Of a stretch of DNA of 32,502 bases, positions 24,205 to 31,063 are shown piece after piece (position 1 is the stretch's first letter; each line of letters opens with the position of its first letter). The stretch spans positions 1 to 32,502 of the forward strand of contig DASXAN010000859.1 of the NCBI GenBank assembly GCA_036406755.1, written 5' to 3'. The notes beneath the pieces were generated by a model. The model searched no databases. It was not told the DNA's origin and saw nothing but the letters and a program-made list of their open reading frames with translations. This DNA is from Gemmataceae bacterium (GTDB taxonomy: Bacteria > Planctomycetota > Planctomycetia > Gemmatales > Gemmataceae). Made by a program: the position numbers and the translations under genes.

Positions 24205-24980
24205 ACGGCCCGGCAACCCGCCGCTCCGGCCAGACTGCCGATGCCGGTCAGGACGAGCGTCAGGCCGCCCGGCGTGGGGGCGGCGAACGCCGCCGGCGGG
24301 ACGGTCAACACGCTGGAGTAGCCGTAGAGGTGGTGTTGCTCGGTGCGCGGCGCATCATTCTGGGAAACCCAGCCGCTGTCGGAAATGTTGCGGGCGGAGC
24401 CGAAAGTGACGAACGCCCCGCCGCCCAGCGGCTCGAAGGCGGTGCCGTCCTGCAGGGTGCCCGTCCACACGATCACCTCGCCGCCGACGTCAACGCCCGA
24501 CTCCGTCACGGTGATGGGGAAGCTGCCGGGGCCGCTCACCCACAAAGTCCCGGCGGAGGGCGCCACCAAACCGCCGTCGAGGCGGTACAGGGGCGGGGAG
24601 CCGGCCACCCGCGGGAGCCGGTCCACCGCGTCCACGGTCGGGGTGGACGCGAGGGCCTGCCAGGTGACGGGGGTGCCGAAGTAGGTGTCGATCCCCGCCA
24701 CCACGGCCAGGTTGGTAATGAACTGATCGTAGTCGGCGATGTCGGCCGACCGGGCGTCCCGGGTGGCGCTGGACAGGAACGCGATCCGGAACTGGTCGCC
24801 GGGGTGCAGGCCGGCCGGGACCAACATCAGGTCCGCCCGGCCGGGCGACGCGGACCAGAGGCCCACGACCAACGCGCCCAGGGCGACCGCCGTCCACGTC
24901 CTGACGGCCCTGTCGCCGGCGTGCCGGAACGGCCGGTCGGAGCGGACGGAAGCCAATGGGCCGCACGGCAGAAGCACCAT
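24180..24980 (-). CDS. Small secreted or anchored protein with a PEP-CTERM-like but non-canonical C-terminal tail
   Basis: Track ORF 24180..25046, which starts at GTG. ATG 24980 is preferred because GGAAGG lies 4 nt upstream. There is a hydrophobic leader RTWTAVALGALVVGLWSASPGRA, and a body segment FRIAFLSSATRDARSADIADYDQFITNLA recalls PEP-CTERM cargo proteins. The tail is TPGGLTLVLTGIGSLAGAAGCRAVRRKPTCA, a hydrophobic helix plus basic cluster without a PEP motif. Confidence 0.6.
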   Translation of the reverse strand: MVLLPCGPLASVRSDRPFRHAGDRAVRTWTAVALGALVVGLWSASPGRADLMLVPAGLHPGDQFRIAFLSSATRDARSADIADYDQFITNLAVVAGIDTYFGTPVTWQALASTPTVDAVDRLPRVAGSPPLYRLDGGLVAPSAGTLWVSGPGSFPITVTESGVDVGGEVIVWTGTLQDGTAFEPLGGGAFVTFGSARNISDSGWVSQNDAPRTEQHHLYGYSSVLTVPPAAFAAPTPGGLTLVLTGIGSLAGAAGCRAVRRKPTCA

Positions 24981-25085
24981 GATGCCTTCCGGTCGAGTGA
25001 CGAAGGTGTTCCCGTCGCCTTCAGGGCCCTCCGGGGACGGGTTCACCGCGGAGGCCGCAGAGACAGTGCGTGGTCCGCCTGATAT

Positions 25086-25133
25086 GCGACGCGGCGGCGT
25101 GAAACACGTCAGTCGGGATGGGGTTTTCTTCAG
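25086..25133 (-). promoter_or_regulatory. Copy B of the conserved 48-nt element, between the kinase stop and the small-protein start
   Basis: Plus strand: gcgacgcggcggcgtgaaacacgtcagtcgggatggggttttcttcag. 35 of 48 positions are identical to copy A with no gaps. It lies 105 nt upstream of ATG 24980 (39 nt from GTG 25046). Confidence 0.6.
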
Positions 25134-25258
25134 AATCGTCGCCGGCCTTGGCGGCGTACTACCAGCCGCGGTCGGCGGGAGACGGCGAGATGGTCAGAAA
25201 CTCGGCGTCCTGCGCCAGGTCGGCACAGGGCGGCGGCCACGTCGGCAACGTCGGTCCT

Positions 25259-28200
25259 TCACTTCGCCGTCGGGGCCGGCAGCGCCGCCTCGCGCGCCTT
25301 TAGCTTGTCCTCCAGGTCCGCGACCAGTTTGCTGAAGTCATCGCGGTCGCGGAGTACGGCGAAGGCGCGGTCATTCTTCAGGCGAGCCATCCAGTTGCGG
25401 ATCGCGACGAGGGCCCAGCCGCTCTTCGGATTGGTGATCCAGTCCAAGTCGGCAGCGATGGCTCGCTTGAGCCAGGCCATGGCCCGGTCGGCTTCGGCGG
25501 CGTCCTCGACCGGTGGAGCGGATTTCGGGTCGGCCGCCCGAATCACGGCGGCCGTCACCGCCCGCATGCGGGCCGCCGTGTAGAGGCTGTCGGCGTCGGT
25601 GCGGTTGAGCCGCTCCCACATCTCGGCGGTCGCCCGGCAGCCGGCGGCGTCCTTGGTGGTTTCAAAGTGGCGCAGCCGATAGTTCATCAGGGCTGAAATC
25701 GACTTCGAATTGACGTCTTTGCCGGCCGCATGCTTGACGTACTCGTCGATCAGTGGCACCGCCTCCGCGCCGCGCCGGAGGTTCATCAAGATGATGACAA
25801 CGGCGTCCATGCTGTCGAGGGTGTCGGGGTGGTCGGGGCCGAACGTGCTCCGCCGGGCCGCGAGGACCTCTTCCGCGAGTTTCAGAGCGACCGAGTACCG
25901 GCGGGCGGCCGCGTGGATGGACGCGAGATCGTCCTTGGTGGCGAGGGTGTCGCGGTGCCGGGGTCCGAGTTTGGCGGTCCGAATCGCCAGGACTTCTTCG
26001 GCGGTCTTGACCGCCTCGGCGTCGCGGCCGGCCCGGCTGTACGCGACGGCAAGCTGGCTCGCGGCACGGAGGGTGGCGGGGGCCTCCGGGCCGAACTTCG
26101 CCCTGTGCAGCACGATCAGCTCTTCGCCAAGTTGGATCGCCTCGGGGTGCCGGTCGAGGTGGGAACAGCACCGGGCCAGGTTCCCCAGGGCCGCGAGCAG
26201 CAACGCGGAGGGGTGGTCGGGGCCGTCCCTGGCCTGACACAGCGCAAACAGGTCGTCGCGGATCGTGAGCGCGCCGGCTTGCCGGATCGGAGTGACGTAG
26301 TTCGCGTTAGGGGCGGCCCGGCTCGCGGGGCGGTCGGGGGCGTCAGAGCCGGCCTTCCCCCGTTCTAGCGCCCGCCGTTCTTCGAGGACCAGGAGCCCTT
26401 CGGCGTGCCGACCCAGGCTGGCGTAGGTGCTCGCCAGGTTAAACACGCTATCGAGCGTGTTCTTGTGGTCGCGGCCGTCCTTGGCCTTGTGCCGCGACAC
26501 CAGCTCCAGGCGGAGCTTCAGAGCGTCTTCGTGTTGGCGGGCAAAGGTGTAGCGCGACGCCAAAATGTTCATGCGCGCGAGGGTGTCGGGATGATCGCGG
26601 CCGAGCTTGGCACTTTGCACCGTCAGCACTTGTTCTTCGAGTCGTAACGCTTCCGCGTGCCGGCCGAGGGAGCGGTACGTCTCGGCCAGACGGTCCATGG
26701 TCCAGACCGCGGTAGGGTGGTCCGGGCCGAGCTTGGCCCGGACCACCGCCAGGCTATCCTCGTAAAGTTTGGCGGCCTCGGCCCCGCGGTCGAGGGAGTA
26801 GTATGCGTGAGCGAGGTTAGTCATGCACCGGGCCGTGTCGGGGTGGTCGGCGCCCCGGTGCGTCACGTAGAGCCTGCGGGCCGCCTCGAATTGCTCCGCC
26901 GCGGCCTTGAAGGTTTCCGGCCTGCCCTGCAGGAAGAACGATTGACCGACCGTCATCCGCAGCCGCGCCTCCGTGAGCGGCTGCTTCTTGAAACTGGTTT
27001 CCACGAACGGCAGCGCCTGTTCGATGGCCCGCCGCAGGGTCGCCTGCTGACCCAGGCCGCCGTTGTTCACCGGCCGCATGGCGGCCAGGATCCGCCCCTC
27101 CACGAAGTCGAGCACCGCCCGGGCCTCGGCGTCGCTGGCCTCGGCGGCCTCTTTCGCCGTCTGCTCGGCGGCCGCCGCCGCGAGCGCTTTCTGTCCGGCC
27201 TTCACGGCGTCGTCGCGGGCGAGGGCGGCCGCGTCCCGCTCCCGGCGGGCGTGGACCAGCCCCAGCGTCGTGCCGACGATGCCGCCGACGAGCACCACGG
27301 CCACCGCGGCCGCGGCCAGCACGGGGCCCCGGTGCCGGCGGGCGAACTTCCGCAGCCGGTACGCCAGCGACGGCGGGCCGGCCAGCACCGGCTCGTCGGC
27401 CAGAAACCGCTCCAGGTCCGCGGCGAGTTCGTTGGCCGTCCCGTACCGCCGCCCGCGGTCCTTCTCCAGGCACTTCATCACCACCCAGTCGAGGTCGCCG
27501 CGGAGGGCGGCCGTCCGTTTGTCCGGCCCGGCGTGCCTCACGGCCGCCAGGCTCGGCCGGGGCGGGTCCACCTCCCGGATCATCCGCAGGACCTCGGAGA
27601 GCGGCAGGGTGGTCAGATCCTTGCGGGGGAACGGCACGCTGCCGGTGAGCAGTTCGTACAGGACCACGCCGAGGCCGTAAACGTCGCTGCGGGTGTCCGT
27701 GTCGGGGTTCGTCAGGTCCGCCTGCTCGGGCGACATGTACTCCAGGGTGCCGATGAACGAGCCGGCCTCCGTGTCGATACTTTGCTCGGTCAGCCGCGGG
27801 CCGGTCGCCTTGGCGATGCCGAAGTCGATCACCTTCGGGACCGGCCGGCCGTCCACGTCGGCGACCAAGATGTTGGACGGCTTGATGTCGCGGTGAATGA
27901 CGCCCTTCTGGTGGGCGTGCTGCACCGCTCGACAGACGGGGAGGAACAGCCCCAGCCGCTGGCGCGGGGTGAGGGCGTTGGCATCGCAGTAGGCGGTGAC
28001 GGGGACGCCGTCGATGTACTCCATGACGAAGTACGGGCGGCCCGCGGGCCCGCCCGTGTCGGATTCGGGCCCGCCGACGCCGGCGTCGAGGATCTTGGCG
28101 ATGTTCGGGTGGTCCATCAGGGCCAGGGCCTGCCGCTCCTGCTCGAACCGGGCCAGCAGGCGGGCGGAGTCGTGGCCGGGGCGGACCACCTTGAGGGCGA

Positions 28201-28513
28201 CGCGGCGGCGGACGGGGGCGGTCTGGTCGGCGACCCAGACCTCGCCCATGCCCCCTTCGCCGAGCTTCCGACGGAGGACGAACCGGCCGGCGAACGTCCG
28301 GCCCGCGGCCAGCGGCTCCGGCCAGCCAGGCCCGGCCGCGAGGCCGTCGGGGCCGCGCTCGAGGATACCGCGGGTATGGCAGTCGGCCGCCAGCAGCCGC
28401 TCCACCCGCGCCCGCAGGGCCGCGTCGCCCGCGCAGCCGGCGGCCAGGAACGCCTGCCGCTCGGCCGCGGTGGCGATCTCCAGGGCGGCCGCGAACAGCG
28501 ACTCCTCGTTCAT
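25259..28513 (-). CDS. Ser/Thr protein kinase with one transmembrane helix and a long C-terminal TPR (TPR_10/12-like) domain (1084 aa)
   Basis: ATG 28513. Kinase motifs are LGEGGMGEVWVA, VALKVV, HRDIKPSNILV, DFGIAK and YMSPEQ. The TM helix is VLAAAAVAVVLVGGIVGTTLGLV. About 8 repeats follow of …LG(P/R)DHPDTL…(L/M)A..Y..LGR..EA type. Confidence 0.92.
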   Translation of the reverse strand: MNEESLFAAALEIATAAERQAFLAAGCAGDAALRARVERLLAADCHTRGILERGPDGLAAGPGWPEPLAAGRTFAGRFVLRRKLGEGGMGEVWVADQTAPVRRRVALKVVRPGHDSARLLARFEQERQALALMDHPNIAKILDAGVGGPESDTGGPAGRPYFVMEYIDGVPVTAYCDANALTPRQRLGLFLPVCRAVQHAHQKGVIHRDIKPSNILVADVDGRPVPKVIDFGIAKATGPRLTEQSIDTEAGSFIGTLEYMSPEQADLTNPDTDTRSDVYGLGVVLYELLTGSVPFPRKDLTTLPLSEVLRMIREVDPPRPSLAAVRHAGPDKRTAALRGDLDWVVMKCLEKDRGRRYGTANELAADLERFLADEPVLAGPPSLAYRLRKFARRHRGPVLAAAAVAVVLVGGIVGTTLGLVHARRERDAAALARDDAVKAGQKALAAAAAEQTAKEAAEASDAEARAVLDFVEGRILAAMRPVNNGGLGQQATLRRAIEQALPFVETSFKKQPLTEARLRMTVGQSFFLQGRPETFKAAAEQFEAARRLYVTHRGADHPDTARCMTNLAHAYYSLDRGAEAAKLYEDSLAVVRAKLGPDHPTAVWTMDRLAETYRSLGRHAEALRLEEQVLTVQSAKLGRDHPDTLARMNILASRYTFARQHEDALKLRLELVSRHKAKDGRDHKNTLDSVFNLASTYASLGRHAEGLLVLEERRALERGKAGSDAPDRPASRAAPNANYVTPIRQAGALTIRDDLFALCQARDGPDHPSALLLAALGNLARCCSHLDRHPEAIQLGEELIVLHRAKFGPEAPATLRAASQLAVAYSRAGRDAEAVKTAEEVLAIRTAKLGPRHRDTLATKDDLASIHAAARRYSVALKLAEEVLAARRSTFGPDHPDTLDSMDAVVIILMNLRRGAEAVPLIDEYVKHAAGKDVNSKSISALMNYRLRHFETTKDAAGCRATAEMWERLNRTDADSLYTAARMRAVTAAVIRAADPKSAPPVEDAAEADRAMAWLKRAIAADLDWITNPKSGWALVAIRNWMARLKNDRAFAVLRDRDDFSKLVADLEDKLKAREAALPAPTAK

Positions 28514-28580
28514 CGTGCTCGCCCCTGGTCAAGAACGGGGTGGGGCCACGCCAAGCCCTGACATTATGGTCAGACTCCTC

Positions 28581-30881
28581 CTAGATCACAACGAACGGAC
28601 CGAAGATGTCGTCGTCGCTCGTGGAGGCGTGGTTCCACGCGACCAGGGTGAGCGGGTCGAGGTCGAGCAGGCCGAGATTGTAGACGCCGCCGCCCACGCC
28701 GGCGCGGCCGGTGGCCCGGTTGTCGATGACCAGGCTGGCCCGCAGGTGGAGGGCGGACGTGGCGTCGTTGTACGCCCCGCCGCCGTAGCCGTTGCTGCCT
28801 GGGCCGCCGGCGGCGCGGTTGTGGGCGAGCACGCTGCCGGTCACGGTGGTGGTGGCCGAGAAGAGGTTGGCGATCCCGCCGCCCCAGCCATCGCTGCCGT
28901 GGCCAGCGGCTTCCTGCCCGCCCTGCGCCTCGTTGTGGTCCAGGCGACTGCGCGCCAGGGTCACGACGCTGGGTGCCAGCACGGAGCCGTCGGGGAACAG
29001 GAAGTTGCCGAACGCATTGAAGACGGCGCCGCCGGCGCCCAGGCCGGCGGGGAGGAGACCGCCGTCGGCCGTGTTACCATGTCCGCCGACCGCGCGATTG
29101 TGATCGAGGCCGCTGTCGCTGACGTCCGCCGCCGACCCGAAGAAGTTGGCGACGCCGCCGCCCAAGCCGGCGCCGACCAGCAGCATCTCGCCGTGGCCCG
29201 TGTTGTCATCACCGCCGAGTGCCTGGTTGTGCGCGACGACCGAGTTGAGGATCGTCAGCGCCGTGGGCCCAAAGTCGGGCTGATCTTCGAATTCGCTGTC
29301 GATGCCGCCGCCCACTCCGGCGCCGACAAAGCCGGTGGGATTCGTGCCGACGTTGCCGCTGCCGCCGACGGCCCGGTTGTTCATGATGATGCTGTCGCGG
29401 ACGACGGTCTCAGCCTCCTGGGCGTAGATCGCGCCACCCTCGGCCATGCCGGTTTTGGTCGGGAACGGGAGGTCGAGCCCGGAGGTGTTCCGATCCCCGC
29501 CGAAGGCCAGGTTCCCCACGAGCGTGCTCTGATTGACCTCCAGTCGTGAGCCAAGCACGTTGATGATCGCGCCACCGTAGGCTTCGCCGGCATCCGCCAG
29601 GGCCAAAGCGGAGTCGGTGATCCCGCTGCCTCCGACCGCCCGATTGTCCGAGAAGGTGCTGTGAGTAATCGAGCCGTCACTGAAGAAATACAATGCGACC
29701 GCGCCGCCGACAGCGTGGGCAGCGTCATAGGCGATCTCGGCGGTCTGACCGGCGATGGCCTGGTTGCCGGTGAAGGTGCAGTTGTTAGCCACGAGGGTAG
29801 CGAATGCCAAGGTGATGCCGCCGCCGCTGCCGTTGCCGCCGCCTTGGCCGCCGACCGCACGGTTATCGCGAATGACGCTGTCGTTAACCGTCAGAGTCCC
29901 AGCCAGAGAGTGAATGCCGCCCCCGTCGCCGATGCCGGCGGCATCCGCCCCGACGTTGCCGTTGGCCTCGTTTCCGGCAATCGAACAGCGCGTGATCACG
30001 GCCGTGGAGAGATTAACTTCGATGCCACCAGCAAAGGCTCCGCCGCCCGGGAACCCGAGCGCGCGGTTGTTCGTGATGGCGCTGTCCTCCACGGTGAGTT
30101 CACCGTCCTCGACATCGATACCGCCGCCTACAGCAGAACTGTTTCCTGAACGGGCCTCGTTGACGTTAACCGCGCTGTTGCGGACCACAGCGGCCCCGTC
30201 GAGGACAAAGATGCCGCCACCGACCCCCTGACGGACGCTCGCGACGCCGTCCGCGGCGTTACCGGTCAGGACACAATCGGTGACGCTCAAACGGTTGCCG
30301 CTTCCGGAGCTAGAGATCCCCCCGCCACTCGCGTTCAGGCTGTTGAGAACACCGACCGCCCGGTTGCCGGACACGACCACATGCGCCAGGGTCAAGTCGC
30401 TGAAGTTGGCGTTCTGGATACCGCCCCCGCGGTCGGCCACGCCGTCGGTGATGGCAAGCCCCGAAATGCTGACCGTAATCGCGGTGCCCGCGTCGGCGCC
30501 GCCGACCACGTCGAAGATGCGAGAGGCATGACTGCCGCTGACCGTGACCTTGTCGGCTCCCGGGCCGTTGATCGTCAGATCGCCGGTGATGGCGAGTTCG
30601 CCGGTGGTCAGGCGGATCGTCCCGTGGACGTTGTGGGCGAAGTCGATCGTGTCCGGGCCGGGGTGGGCCTCGGCCGCCTGAATGGCCGCCCGCAGCGACC
30701 CGGGGCCGCCGTCGGCCAGGTTGAGCACCGTGAACGTGCTGGGCAGCGCCCGGCCCTCCAGAAATTCAATCTGGGGCACAAAGCTGCGCCGGCGGACATG
30801 GTGTCGTCGATCGGATCGGCCCGAAGTCCCGGCCCGGATGACCGGGCCGGAGGCCAGCAGCCCGCGCAGCGTCTCCCACAT
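28581..30881 (-). CDS. Secreted right-handed beta-helix repeat protein (choice-of-anchor-Q / Pmp-like GGxI repeats)
   Basis: ATG 30881 with AAGGAG (reverse complement of 30888-30893) 6 nt upstream. The N-terminus is RRHHVRRRSFVPQIEFLEGRALPSTFTVLNLADGGPGSLRAAIQAAEAHPGPDTIDF. Repeats are of the form …N.A..GGGI… / NRAVGG. Confidence 0.85.
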   Translation of the reverse strand: MWETLRGLLASGPVIRAGTSGRSDRRHHVRRRSFVPQIEFLEGRALPSTFTVLNLADGGPGSLRAAIQAAEAHPGPDTIDFAHNVHGTIRLTTGELAITGDLTINGPGADKVTVSGSHASRIFDVVGGADAGTAITVSISGLAITDGVADRGGGIQNANFSDLTLAHVVVSGNRAVGVLNSLNASGGGISSSGSGNRLSVTDCVLTGNAADGVASVRQGVGGGIFVLDGAAVVRNSAVNVNEARSGNSSAVGGGIDVEDGELTVEDSAITNNRALGFPGGGAFAGGIEVNLSTAVITRCSIAGNEANGNVGADAAGIGDGGGIHSLAGTLTVNDSVIRDNRAVGGQGGGNGSGGGITLAFATLVANNCTFTGNQAIAGQTAEIAYDAAHAVGGAVALYFFSDGSITHSTFSDNRAVGGSGITDSALALADAGEAYGGAIINVLGSRLEVNQSTLVGNLAFGGDRNTSGLDLPFPTKTGMAEGGAIYAQEAETVVRDSIIMNNRAVGGSGNVGTNPTGFVGAGVGGGIDSEFEDQPDFGPTALTILNSVVAHNQALGGDDNTGHGEMLLVGAGLGGGVANFFGSAADVSDSGLDHNRAVGGHGNTADGGLLPAGLGAGGAVFNAFGNFLFPDGSVLAPSVVTLARSRLDHNEAQGGQEAAGHGSDGWGGGIANLFSATTTVTGSVLAHNRAAGGPGSNGYGGGAYNDATSALHLRASLVIDNRATGRAGVGGGVYNLGLLDLDPLTLVAWNHASTSDDDIFGPFVVI

Positions 30882-30960
30882 GACTCGCTCCTTGGCCCAC
30901 GGCGTAGTAATTTCGCCGAAACATGACGCACCGCATCGGCCACAATCGTTACCCCACCAT

Positions 30961-31008
30961 GCGACGCCGGGGGGTGAAACGCGTCAGACGGGAATCACCT
31001 TTTTTCGG
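30961..31008 (-). promoter_or_regulatory. Copy C of the conserved 48-nt element, 79 nt upstream of the beta-helix protein start
   Basis: Plus strand: gcgacgccggggggtgaaacgcgtcagacgggaatcaccttttttcgg. It has the same length and block spacing as copies A and B. It lies 55 nt downstream of the HlyD-type gene stop. Confidence 0.6.
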
Positions 31009-31063
31009 AGTCGTGCCGGTCACGCACGGGGACCCGCCGGGATTCGACCGCCGGCCCCGCCGG

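Noticed and set aside
452-29549. Many long alternative-frame or antisense ORFs in the track. Examples: the 452..2191 upstream extension, 2243..4378(-), 5330..6982(-), 9860..11566(-), 10219..11475(+), 11614..14103(+), 11684..13288(-), 15744..17645(+), 18561..20090(+), 21123..22352(+), 26657..28561(+), 26817..28532(-), 27996..29549(+).
   Set aside because: Their translations are dominated by Arg/Gly/Pro/Ala runs with no recognisable motifs. Each overlaps a frame with clear domain content and high third-position GC. This is the expected stop-codon-poor artefact of a ~70% GC genome.
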